From Octopus sinensis (lineage: Eukaryota), in assembly GCF_006345805.1 (NCBI RefSeq), contig NC_042997.1:112034001-112098000 (forward strand): a DNA stretch of 64,000 nucleotides. The letters run 5' to 3'. Within the stretch, counting starts at the first letter, position 1. The number at the start of each line of letters is the position of its first letter. Below, piece by piece: positions 51,529-63,624 of the stretch. A program made the position numbers and the translations under genes. The notes under the pieces were generated by a model that had not been told where the DNA came from, searched no databases, and saw only the letters and a list, made by a program, of their open reading frames with translations.

Positions 51529-52721
51529 GTATTGGTCTGTATATGACAGGAAGTTTGAATCACAGAACCAAAGGTGGTCACAGATGTGTTGGTGACAAAA
51601 GGGGTCAAGCAATCACATAAATACTCCCTCATTGAAAGTACAGCAGTTGATTCATTTGAATAAAACCCTTCAAGGTGGAACTCCCAGCATGGTTGCAGTC
51701 AAAATTACTGGAATAAGTGAAAGATGAAAGATGGAAGCGATATATCTATACATATAAATTTCACATGGGTGATTCTTTCTTGTCTTGGGATTCACGGCCA
51801 AATGGCTGGGTGGAATTGCATGGGAATTGCATGAAAAATTACACAGATGTGTAGAATGATCTGGTGGTGATGCTGGGCTTTGTGTTTTTTCCATAGCTCC
51901 CATAGCTACCGAGATAATCTACTATAATAATACTCTTGTGTTTATGAATAAGGAAGGAAGGGGTGCTGTTATACTTGGTAGTGGGAGGATGACAGTTATA
52001 TATCTACATGACAGGCTTTCAGTTTCCATTTACCAAATCTGCTCGCAAAGCTTTGGTTGGCCAAGGACTGTAGCAGAAGATACTTGCCAATTCAAGGTGC
52101 TGCACAGTGGGACTGAACCTAAGACCACATGGTCGGGAAACAAACTTCTTAATCACACACCCAGGCCCAAGTCTATTAATTATTTTTGTTAATTTAGAAA
52201 TCAAGACTGTTGAACAGCCTTCCTGTAATATATTGCTTTCTTTCAGGTATCAAATACTTTCTTTTATGGCATTATTGTTTCCTGTTCTTTTCTGCCTTCC
52301 TGACATTTAACTTTAGTCAATTACAGCTTCTCCACAGCCATTAAAAATAATATTTTAGCTAATGAGGAACGAAGATGATCAGAGAAGAAGACTTGCACAA
52401 TATGGCTGACTTCACAACTGGTTAATGTCGGCGAGTTTTCATTTTTTGTTTTATCTCTGAAGAGAAAAGAAGAAAGCGATGTTAAAAAGCTGATGAACAA
52501 CTGCATTGTTGTTGAGTTAAACTTCAGTTATCGATTGATTTTTTTTTCTTCTCATAGCTTTCTTAAATGATTGATTGATTTTCAAAATCAATATGCAACA
52601 AGTGTTGATTTTTATGTTGGTTATAGGAACATTCGTAATTGCTTATGAATGGGAATGAGTCCGGTGTCTCATTGAATTCTCGCAAGAAATTCACACACAC
52701 ATATGCTCTCACACATACTGT

Positions 52722-52754
<33 letters not shown>

Positions 52755-54119
52755 TCTCTTACACACACATACTTACTAACACATAAACAAACACACACTT
52801 ATCCATACACATATATTCACTCTCTCACACAGACTCACACACGTAGACACGTACACACACACAAAGAATTTTCTAATAAAAAAATGTGAATTTGCAGTAT
52901 ATAAGAAAAGAAAAAAACTGTTGAGCCTTGAGAAATTGAGAAGAAAATGTCTGGAGAATAACTTGCATGTAACAGATCCTTTGATAAAAAAAAAAGAAAG
53001 AAAAATTAAATTGGTAGCCTAATTTATTTTTAATTAACTTCTATATCTAATTAACAGTTGATATTAATAACAATACTAAATTAATATTTTCTTTTAAACT
53101 CCATTGATTCCTCTGTCAAATTCACTCATTTTCATAAATGTCTTTAAGATGAAAGAAATATAGGCGTCGTCTCTTGCAATGCAGAAATATGGCTTTCATG
53201 ATAATCTTACCATAAGGTAGAGGAATTCTCTCTGTTGTGAAACGTATGTTCCTTTAGTTTCTATGTTCATTAGCTTCTATGGCTTCGAACTGCATCCAGT
53301 GGTGGTACCCACTCCTCAAGACCCAGGGGTTCCAGGGTCTTGAGTAATGTGGAATCACTGTTTAACCAATATTGTTCCCCATTTTACTCTAACCCAAAGT
53401 AGTAGCACCTGTCAGGGTCCCTGTTATGGGTTATTAAAGCCTATTAGACCTTGCTTACCTATGCATGTGAAGACTGGATCCAGACACTGCAGGAAAAACC
53501 CACACAGCCACGTCTGCACCTATACACACATACATTCATACGTATGTATGTACATACTTGAGGCATACATACATACATACATACATACATACATACATGC
53601 ATGCATACATGCTTACATGCAGACACACAAACATATATACACATATATAGATACACACATACATACACATATGGTGGCTGCCCCCTTGTTATCGAGTATG
53701 GCCATTGCACGAAGCTTAATCAATGTTGTTATCATGCAATGCCTGTGCAAGAAGATTTTTTTTTAAAGTGAGGAAAGGCTGTGCACTGAGTCAATCCCAC
53801 TCACTAAGCAACAGCAGCCATAATCCAAAAAGAAGAACAAGTCAACATCATCGGTAACCACTGAGCCGCAGGTTTTATGTCGGAGTTATCCCAGTTGCCT
53901 GAGTTACCTTCTAGAAGGATGCCTTAACAAAGGCTAGGAGTTTAACCGCGCAATCGGGTATTCAGTCCGATTATTTCTATGTCCCCGCGCATGATACAGC
54001 CTTAAGACATTTATTGGATGGCCGTTGACTCTCAAGAGTTCCTCCACCCTTTGACGGCAACCCCACCAAGCTTGCTTGGTGAGGAGGGTGTTTATTGGAC
54101 ACCCTGCGGGATGAAAAAC

Positions 54120-54163
54120 AAAGCATACACATATACAAACATACATACATATATATACACACA

Positions 54164-54194
<31 letters not shown>

Positions 54195-54900
54195 GCACAC
54201 ATACATACACACACATAAATACACACATAATACATTCATACACATATACATGCACATACATACATATATACATACATACACACAAACATATACACACACC
54301 CACACATATATATATACAAACATACACATATAAAAACATACATACATACATACACACACACATAATACATAAATACACACATACATACACACATACATAC
54401 ACACACACATACATAAATACACACATACATACATACACACACATACATACATACATGCATACATATATACACATTGATACACACATACATACACACACAC
54501 ATACATACATGCATACATACACACGTACGTATGTACGTACGTACATATATACATACACACATACATACATACACACATACATACATACATACATGCATAT
54601 GTACATATGTACATAGATGCATTATGGCTGCCCCCTCGTTATCGAGTATGGCCATTGCATACATACATACACACACATACATACATGCATACATACACAC
54701 GTACGTATGTACATATGTACATATATACATACATACACACATACATACATACATACATACATACATACATACATACATAATACACACATACATACATACA
54801 CACATACATATATACATACATACGTACATACATACATACATACATACATACATACATACATACATACATACATTCGTACATACATATACGTACATACATA
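54120..54900. repeat. (CATA)n/(CA)n compound microsatellite; similar (TATG)n array at 49480-49790
   Basis: Direct reading. Confidence 0.95.
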
Positions 54901-55150
54901 GACTGACAATCTGGACAAGGAAGATAAAATATTCCTGATTGCAAAGTATTGCAAAGGGGAGTGAATGTTGTTGAGAAGTGTAAATAGGGGCGATAAGAGT
55001 ACACTTGACCTTGCTGTTGCCAAACCGAATGTGACATGGAAAAGTGTTACGAAAGGTTTGTTGACTGAGGAGAAGGAAGAGGAGTCTTTGAGTCTACAGC
55101 AAGTTTGACCCAACAGAGAGAGACCGGCCAGTAACTCTTTAGAGCGTTTA
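54895..55150 (-). mobile_element. Short PLE GIY-YIG fragment (different clade from 33945-35390)
   Basis: Minus strand TLQSGIFYLPCPDCQSMYV resembles the GIY..IPC..C...YIG start of the PLE endonuclease; truncated by the microsatellite. Confidence 0.5.
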
Positions 55151-55529
55151 AACAGGCCTTGGGCAAGTGTCTTCCATTGTGGTCTCCAACCGACCAAACC
55201 TTTATGAGTGGATTTGATTGACGGAAACTGAGAGAAGCACATTGTATATATATGTGAGTGTGTGTATATGTCTTTGACAGCTGGTGTTGGTGTGTTTACA
55301 TCCCTGAACATTAGTTGTTCAGCAAAAGAGACTGATAGAATAAGAACCAGGCTTGTGGTGCCCCAGCATGGTCGCAACCCAGTGACTGAAAAACTTGAAG
55401 ATAAAAGATATCTTCCCCAAATATTCCACCTGTTTTGTTTAAACTGGCCAGATTCTGCCTCTCACACCTATCCTACAATGTCATTTTAAAAATAAACAAT
55501 GACATCATCAAAATCTTAAAGATATATTA

Positions 55530-55935
55530 TAGGCACAGGAGTAGCTGTGTGGTAAGTAGTTTGCTTACGAACCACATGGTTCCGGGTTCAATCCCACTGC
55601 ATGGCACCTTGGGCCAGTGTCTTCTACTATAGCCTTGGGCCTACCAAAGCCTTGTGAATGGATTTGGTAGACAGCAACTGAAAGAAGCCCGTCGTATATA
55701 TACATATATGTATATGTTTGTGTGTCTGTGTTTGTCCCCCCAACACCACTTGACAACCAATGCTGGTGTGTTTACGTCCCCATAACTTAGCAGTTCGGCA
55801 AGAAAGACCGATAGAATAAGTACTAGGCTTACAAAGAATAAGTCCTCAGATTGATTTACTCAACTAAAGGTAGTGCTCCAGCATGGCCGCAGTCAAATGG
55901 CTGAAACAAATAAAAGAATAAAAAGAATAAAAGAA
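55530..55935 (+). mobile_element. SINE family A inserted in a TTAA-ended (piggyBac-like) MITE remnant (about 55425-56010); another SINE A at 56280-56680
   Basis: SINE blocks; host element continues on both sides and ends AATGTTGAAAGATTAA. Confidence 0.75.
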
Positions 55936-56829
55936 TACATCATTAATTCAAGATGATGTGAATAAATAAGAAATACATTTGACAAACTGATCTGAATGTT
56001 GAAAGATTAAAGTTGACAGCAGGATGTGCAGGAGCCACAAACAGGTGTCGGTGAGCGTCGCTGTTCATGTTGCAGTAACATATCCACCTCTCGGTCATTT
56101 TGACCTGCATGGTTCCTCTGAGGGTGCTCTTCGCCGAGTGTCCGAGTTGGCTGGTACGATCACTGTGAAAAAATGTGAGTTCTCAGAGCAAGCCCTGCAG
56201 AATGGTCACAACAGCAATTAATTTATCAAGGCAGGGAAGGGAAACTGGTGTATGAAAAATTATCTCTAAAATGTTTATAAGCACAGACATGACTGTGTGG
56301 TAAGAAGCTTACTTCCCAACCACATGGTTCCGGGTTCAGTCCCACTGCGTGGCATCTTGGGCAAGTGTCTTCTACTATAGTCTCAGGCCGACCAAAGCCT
56401 TGTGAGTGGATTTGTTAGTTGGAAACTGAAAGAAGCCTGTTGTATATATGTATATATGTGTGTATGTTTGTATTTGTGTGTCTGTGTTTGTCCCACCACC
56501 ATTGCTTGACAACTGATATTGGTGTGTTTACATCCCCGCAACTTAGCGGTTTGGCAAAAGAGACTGATAGAATAAGTACTAGGCTTACAAACAATAAGTT
56601 CTGGGGTCGATTTGCTCGACTAAAGGCAGTGCTCCAGCATGGCCACAGTCAAATGACTGAAGCAAATAAAACAATAAATGTTTAGTATTCAAACCAGCCA
56701 CATCAGGCCCAAATATTCTTCCTTTTTCTTGTGTTCAAACTGGTCAGATCTGGCCCCTTTCACTTATCCTACAATGTCATTCTAAAAATAAACAACCACA
56801 ACCTCAAAATCTCAAAGCAACAAGATACT

Positions 56830-57150
56830 ACATTATTTACATTATTTACATTTGACGGATATTTGTCCTCATCTTGTTTGTTGTTAACACAATGTTTCGG
56901 CTGATATATCCTCCAGCCTTCATCAGTTGTCTTGGGGAAATTTTGAAACTGGGTTCTCATTCCTAATGTATTTTTCGATGTTATTGTTGTTATTATTATT
57001 ATTATTATTCAGGTCACTGCCTGGAATTAAACTCAGAATCTTGGGGTTAGTAGCCCATGCTCTTTACCACTAGGCCCATGGGCATATGACATAGTGGTTA
57101 AGAGCGCAGGCTACTAACCCCAAGATTCTGAGTTCGATTCCAGGCAGTGA

Positions 57151-57234
<84 letters not shown>

Positions 57235-57427
57235 TAATAATAAGAATAACAACAATTGAAAAATACCTTAGGAATGAGAACCCAGGTTCGAAATTTCCCC
57301 CAAGACACCTGATGAAGGCTGGAGGGTATATCAACCGAAACATTGTGTTAACAACAAACAAGATGTGGACAAATATCCATCAAATGTAAATAATGTACAT
57401 AATCTCTCATCTCTTAAATATAGAACT
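56830..57427. mobile_element. Head-to-head dimer of SINE family D (tRNA head, (AAT)n, hammerhead-like tail) inserted as one unit
   Basis: Both copies start at shared palindrome GCCCATGGGC (57074-57083); 10-bp TSD ACAAGATACT at 56820-56829 and 57428-57437. Confidence 0.85.
57304..57349 (+). ncRNA. Minimal hammerhead-like motif in family D tail (helix III reads ACAT rather than palindromic ACGT)
   Basis: GACAC-CTGATGA-A-GGCTG gagggtatat CA(A)CC-GAAA-CATT-GTGTT; second copy on minus at about 56885-56930. Confidence 0.5.
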
Positions 57428-58866
57428 ACAAGATACTGTATGATAATGCAATCAGAGCTGGTGCAAGATGAAATCTGATAGATCTAAAACGTCTAAGACA
57501 CACTAATGTGTCACAACAAAGTCTGTAGAATGCCATCAAGGAGCTGAGAATCCAAGGCAAGGTATTAAAGAAAGCCGCAGTTCCACCATGAATGTTCTTT
57601 TCTATTCTAGGCACAAGGCCCGAAATTTTGGGGGAGGGGACCAGTCGATTAGATCAATCCCAGTATGCAACTAGTACTTAATTTATCGACTCCAAAAGGA
57701 TGAAAGGCAAAGTCAACCTTAGTGGAATTTGAACTCAGAATGTAATACCGCTAAGCATTTTGCCCAACGTGCTAACGTTTCTGCCAGCTTGCCGCCTTAG
57801 TTTCACTGTGAATATTGGTCAGTTTCTGTGATAAAAAAACAAAATCTAAGAATTTCAAATTGTACTTAAGGTTCCTTCTGTGCATTCTTTGTTCAACTCT
57901 TTAGCATTTAAACTGACCATATCCATCTCAATAGGCAACCTGTTTTATGTTCAAAGTGACCAGTCAGGACTCTCACATCTACCCTATGATGTCGTTTTAA
58001 AAGTAAACAATCACATCATTGAAATCTCACATTTGTGAGATAATGCATGCACCCACCGCCCTGACTGGCTCCTGTGCTAGTAGCACGTAAAAAACATCAT
58101 CTGAACGTGGCCAATGCCAGTGCTGCCTTAGTGGCTCCCAATCCAGTGACACATAAAAAGTACCCACTAACACTGTTGGAGTGATTGGTGTTAGGAAGGG
58201 CATCCAGCTGTAGAAACCAAGCCAAATCAGATTGGAGCCTGACTTGCCAGTCCCCAGTCAAACCATCCATAATCAAATGGTACTTATTTCATCGATCCCA
58301 AAAGGGCAAAAGTTGACCTCAGTGGAATTTGAACTCAGAATGTTTAAGAGAGAGGTCAAATGCTGTGAAGCATTTTGTCCAGCATGCAAGGGATTCTGCC
58401 AACTTCATCATTCTCATCAGCATCATTTAATGTCTGTCTTTGTTTAATGGTTTGACTGGTGCTGGCATGGCCGGAGAGCTGCACCAAGTTCCATTGTATG
58501 TTTTGGCTTAGTTTCTACAGCTGGATGCCCTTTCTAAGGCCAACCACTTTCCAGAGTATACTGGGTGCTTTTTATGTGGCACCAGCACTGATGCTTTCTA
58601 CATGGCACCAACACCCGAAGGGTCGGCAAGTGACTTGCAAGACAAAGGCCTCTCAGGTGGGAGAGAGAGTGGAACTAAAGGAAGTGGTTTTATGCCTGGT
58701 GAAAGGTTAGAGTGTGATAGAGGAACAGCTCACTGTCTTATTATAGGGGAGATACTATAGAGTAAAGGAAGGAGAAACAGAAAGGGAGAGAGACAGTCAA
58801 AGCAAGAAAGGAAGAGAGAGAAATAGATAGTGTTGAAGAGTCATCAGGACCTATCTTCAGGTAGCA

Positions 58867-58905
<39 letters not shown>

Positions 58906-58906
58906 G

Positions 58907-59047
58907 CAATAATAAATCTTTGAACGAGTATAAACAGTAGCTGCATGACAATGTGAAGTATATTTGCCACTAAAGGTGGATGCTACTGTAGTTTGTAGCC
59001 CTAGTAGAACATCTTCTCCAGCTGGCTATTGACACACTTTCTGTGCC
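58907..59047 (-). mobile_element. Fragment related to both the 360-bp unit and the fold-back family, within (TA)n
   Basis: Shares CAGCTGGAGA.GATGTT..C..GGGCTA and CAG(C/T)TACTGTTTATA..CG...AGATTTATTATTG. Confidence 0.6.
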
Positions 59048-59241
59048 CTATATATATATATATATATATATACACATTTAATGTCCGTTTTCCATGCTAG
59101 CATGGGTTAGACAGTTTGACGGGGTCATATATATATTATTTTATTCTACAATTTCCCTTTATACTTCCTATATCTCTACCTTTCCAAAATAACTTTTTAT
59201 GTTAAACTCTACTTTTCCCTTCTATTTAACCCTCTCACATC

Positions 59242-59289
59242 GTCTCTGATGAAGGGACATCCCTCATATCTCTGAAACAGCTGTAAGAC
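59242..59289 (+). ncRNA. Type-I hammerhead ribozyme motif, canonical core
   Basis: GTCT-CTGATGA-AGGGA...TCTCT-GAAA-C AGCT GTA-AGAC; helix III palindrome ACAGCTGT; predicted cut after 59285; preceded by a pyrimidine-rich tract. Confidence 0.75.
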
Positions 59290-60189
59290 TACCTCTCTCT
59301 TTATGATTGTCCTAGAAATTTCACACAGCTTTCGCTTTGTTGTCACCTTTTATTTAACACACACACGCACATACACACACACACACGTGCACGCACACAC
59401 ACACACACACACACACATTTAAAAAAATGAGTAGAGATGGCATTTTTTTGATAATTTTTATTGTTGCTTGTGCTGGTGTTGTTGCTGTTGGTGCTGATAT
59501 CAATAATGTTGGTATTGGCATTGGTGCTGGCACTGCTGCCATTAATGCTGATGTAGGGAACATTATCAGTGGTAGTGGTGATGCTGTTGGTGGTGCTTAT
59601 AGCCATCATCATCATTGCTATTGTGGTGGCTGATGTTGTCACCATTGTTATTGTTATCATTGGTGCTGCTGCTATTTCTCTTCAGGTTGCTGTTGTTGCT
59701 ATTGGTACTGCCATTCGTGCTACTGTAGTAGTTGTTGGGAAAGCTGCTGCTGCTGTTTGTTTGTTTGTTTGTTTGTTGAGCGAAGCAGTCTTCGTCCTAG
59801 AAGTCCGAAATGTGGTCCTTTGCTATTCGTAAGACCCGGAGAAGAGAAAGCAGGTCAACTCCCAACACCGAGAGCATCGATGGATGGATGAATGTGCATC
59901 CAGGCTCAGCGGTTGCGTAGGAAGTCGGGGACAAGAAACAGGAAGAAAGAGTGAGAGAAAGTTGGCGCGAAAGAGGACAACAGGGGTCGCCACCACCCCC
60001 TGCCAGAGCCTCGTGGAGCTTTAGGTGTTTTTGCTCAATAAACACACACAACGCCCGGTCTGGGAATCAAAACTGCGATCCTCCGACCGCGAGTTCGCTG
60101 CCCTAACCAGTGGGCCATTGAGCCTCCTGCTGTTGCTGCTAGGGTCAGCTACCACCTCAGCTTCATAGACAACTCCGTTGGTTTCACAA

Positions 60190-60810
60190 TGGCCTGCCAC
60201 TGGACATCTGTTGTAGTCCCTGCATGAGCATCCCCACCTCCGTTCATGGCCTAGAGGTGTTAGCTAGAATGCTCTTAATATTGAGGGCACAGCTAAAAGA
60301 GACCCTTAGATTGTGTCTGTTGAAAATGCACCTGTACCTGTGTGAATATGTGAAGTGCTTATCTATTAGCCTTAGGCATATCCCACCTACACACGTTTTT
60401 ACTTTGAGGGAGAAGCGGGTGGTGACAAACCAAATGATATTTCTGCAGCACATCCTTCTGTGGGTGTCAGGGCTCAGCATGTAGGAGATGCGGTCCCTAA
60501 ATCTGCTAGCAGCTAGTGCCTTGTTATAGTAGGGGGCTGCTGCGTAAAATATCTATTGGCTAGAGGAAAGGTTTGTAATCCTCTTGCTGGTACTCTTCAC
60601 CAGGTTTTTAAACATGATCAATGGGTAGCAGGAAGTTGTGTTGAGACGTGTCAGTGTCTGGCGCCTAAGTTGAGCATGGTGTCTAAGAAGTGGTACTGAG
60701 GTTGGTCTCAATAGTAATTTCCAGTCCCATGGAGCCAAGGGTAGCGTACCTGTTTCTGTCTCCATTCTTGATCTTTCTCTCTCCGGCTGGGTAACCTTGT
60801 ACTTCCTCAA
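60190..60810 (-). mobile_element. Second Penelope-like remnant, same clade as 33945-35390
   Basis: YPLIMFKNLVKSTSKRITNLSSS; IFYAAAPYYNKAL; RNIIWF; LIDKHF..IFNRHNLRVSFSC. Confidence 0.85.
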
Positions 60811-61899
60811 CAGCAAGACACCTGTATCTGTCTCACTATAACCTTTTCATCATCATCTCCTCCAATCCCTCCCCCACTCTTAAACATTCTCTTTTTGTCT
60901 TGCAAGTAATTGATGACCCTGTCAGTGCAGGTTCCACTTAAATGCACCCAGGTCACATTGTAAAGTGGTTGGTGTTTGGAAGGGCATCCAGCTCTAAAAA
61001 ACCATGCCAAAACTGACCTCAACTGTGTCTGTGCCATGTAAAAAGCACTATTCATTGCGCCTGTGCTTGTGCCACATAAAAAGCACTAAGTTCACTCTGC
61101 TGAGTGGTTGGTGTTTGGAAGGGCATCCAGCTGTAAAAATCCAGCCAAAACAGTCTCAGAAGTGTGGTGCAGGCTTTGAGCTGACTGGCTCTTGTGGAAC
61201 CATCCCACTCATGCTAGCATGGAAGACGCACATTAAATGATGATGATGATGATGAGGTTATCGTCAATTATTGCTTCGTATAATATCCTCATATTATTTT
61301 GACTTTGCTCCAGGGAAATATTATGTGACTTTCACATACGCATATACAGACATGTACACACACATGTAGGCATACACATTCACACACACATACACACACA
61401 CATATGCAAACACATATACATGTACACTTACATACACGCACACATACACTCATAAATACAAACACAAACATACACACATACACGAAAGAGACACACATGC
61501 ACGCGCACGCACACACACACACACAGAGAAGTTAGCAAGGAATTATATGCAAGATCAAATTCTATGCATTTGTGAATTTAATGGGGAAAAAAATATGATT
61601 TATACATGTTTTTAGAAAATGTCGTTGGGGTTTTGTTGCTGCGTCTCTAAGCATACATATATAATATTTATGAGATTTTGATGAAATGCATGTTTTATGT
61701 AAAATAGAAAATAAAAAGTCTGTTTGATATCAGTTCCTCTCTATTTTCCTTTCTCAATCAATGCAATGGGGAAGCTTCCAGCAACTTCCATCTGTGAATA
61801 TTTTTTTTAAATATTAGATATTTGTTGTGTCACAACTAACTTTCTCTTTGGCTCAAAGCAATTTTATTGTTCAAATCTTGCTATAAAAACAGATTTTGC

Positions 61900-62330
61900 T
61901 TCTATGATGTCTGATGTAGTGTGATTTACTACAATATTTGATGTATGATGTCCTATGGTGTCTGATGTTTTGATGTACTGTGATGTCTGATGTCTAATAT
62001 CTGATGTAGTCTGATGTTTGATGTCTGATGTTTGGTCTAATGTCTGATGTAGTCTGATGTTTGATGTCTGATGTTTAATGTACTGTGATGTCTGATGTCT
62101 AATATCTGATGTAGTCTGATGTTTGATGTCTGATGTTTGGTTTAATGTCTGATGTAGTCTGATGTTTGATGTTTGATGTACTGTGATGTCTGATGTATTA
62201 TTATATTTAATGTCTGATGTCTGGTGTACTGTAATGTCTGAAGTTTGATGTAGCATAATGTTTGATGTCTAGAGTGGCATGATGTTTGATATCTGATGTA
62301 CTGTGATGTGACCTACAGTGGCGTCTGATG
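61900..62330. repeat. TGATGTC-based minisatellite with about 100-bp higher-order period
   Basis: GTACTGTGATGTCTGATGT recurs at 61975, 62080 and 62178. Confidence 0.9.
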
Positions 62331-62735
62331 TATGAGGTACAGCAATGATGTAGTCCTCTAACTTGACTGATCCTGTCCATCTGCCATCCATCCCATGTCA
62401 CAATGGGGAACAGACATGAAATGGCGATGAAGTGGATGAAGTCATTGAAGATAAATAGATGTGAAATGATTGCAACCTTCTTTATTGTATAAAAATCCTG
62501 GAAAATAAGCTTGATATCTACAAGCAGTAATTCCTCATTTTTCAACTCCTCTTCACTTTATATGTGTGTGTGTGTGTGTGTGTGCGTGCGTGCGAGTGTA
62601 TATGAGTGGTATTTATATGAAATGTGTATGGTAATCATTTTTATAATCCTTCTCTTCCTCCACCTCTTCTTCCTCCTCCTCCTCCTACTCCTCATTCTCA
62701 CAATCATCATCTCAGAGTTACGTGGTGGTGGTATA

Positions 62736-62794
<59 letters not shown>

Positions 62795-63179
62795 TATATA
62801 TACATGTCGTGCTTCTTTCAGTTTCCATCTACCAAATCTACTCACAAGACTTTGGTCAGCCTGAGGCTACATTAGAAAAACCTTGCCCAAGATGTCACAC
62901 AGTGGGACTGAACCTGGAACCATGAGGTTGGGGAGCAAACTTCTTTCAACAAGCATTCCTGCACCAATGTGCACGAGAAAATATATGAAAGGTTGTTGTT
63001 GTTGTTGTTGATGATGATGTTGTTAGTGTAGTTTAACCCCAAGATCAATTGATCCAGCAAACCTCAAACGAGGAAGTGGGGGAAGGGTCCATGTTTGGAT
63101 TCTTCAATGGAACTCCTTTTGAGAATGTGACTTTTGAGTTTAGGGCATTTCATAGCAGAGCCATGAATAGGATGACAGC

Positions 63180-63592
63180 ACCACCAGTTATTGCAGCCAG
63201 AACAAACAACAAACAGCTTGACCGACAGACCATCATCATCATCACAACAACAACAAGGATAAGAGACAGCAGCTGTAGTAACAATAGCAAAGACCACCAC
63301 CACCACCACCACTATCACCATCACCATCACCATCACCATCACCACCACCCCCACTACCACCACTAAACCCCACCACAACCAGCACAGTCACCACAACATC
63401 GACAATAACAGCAACAACAACACCAACAACTACAACAACAACAACAGCAGCAGCAACAACAATACCAACTACACCAACAGCTGCAACAACAGCATTAACA
63501 ACAACTACAACTACAACAGCAGCAGCAGCTGCCCTACTACACCCAAGTACAACAACAACAACAACAATTTCATCAGCAACAATTGGTGTCAG

Positions 63593-63624
<32 letters not shown>

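Noticed and set aside
54622-55377. 251-aa minus-strand ORF
   Set aside because: Chimeric read-through of a SINE A fragment, an off-frame PLE fragment and a TATG array.
57084-57155. tRNA gene (also the SINE heads at 12939, 23562, 47835, 50240 and 51301)
   Set aside because: A and B boxes are present but no complete cloverleaf is evident, and each runs into a SINE body.
59343-59832. Membrane-protein-like poly-V/A/I ORFs
   Set aside because: GTT/GCT/ATT trinucleotide tract with no splice context.
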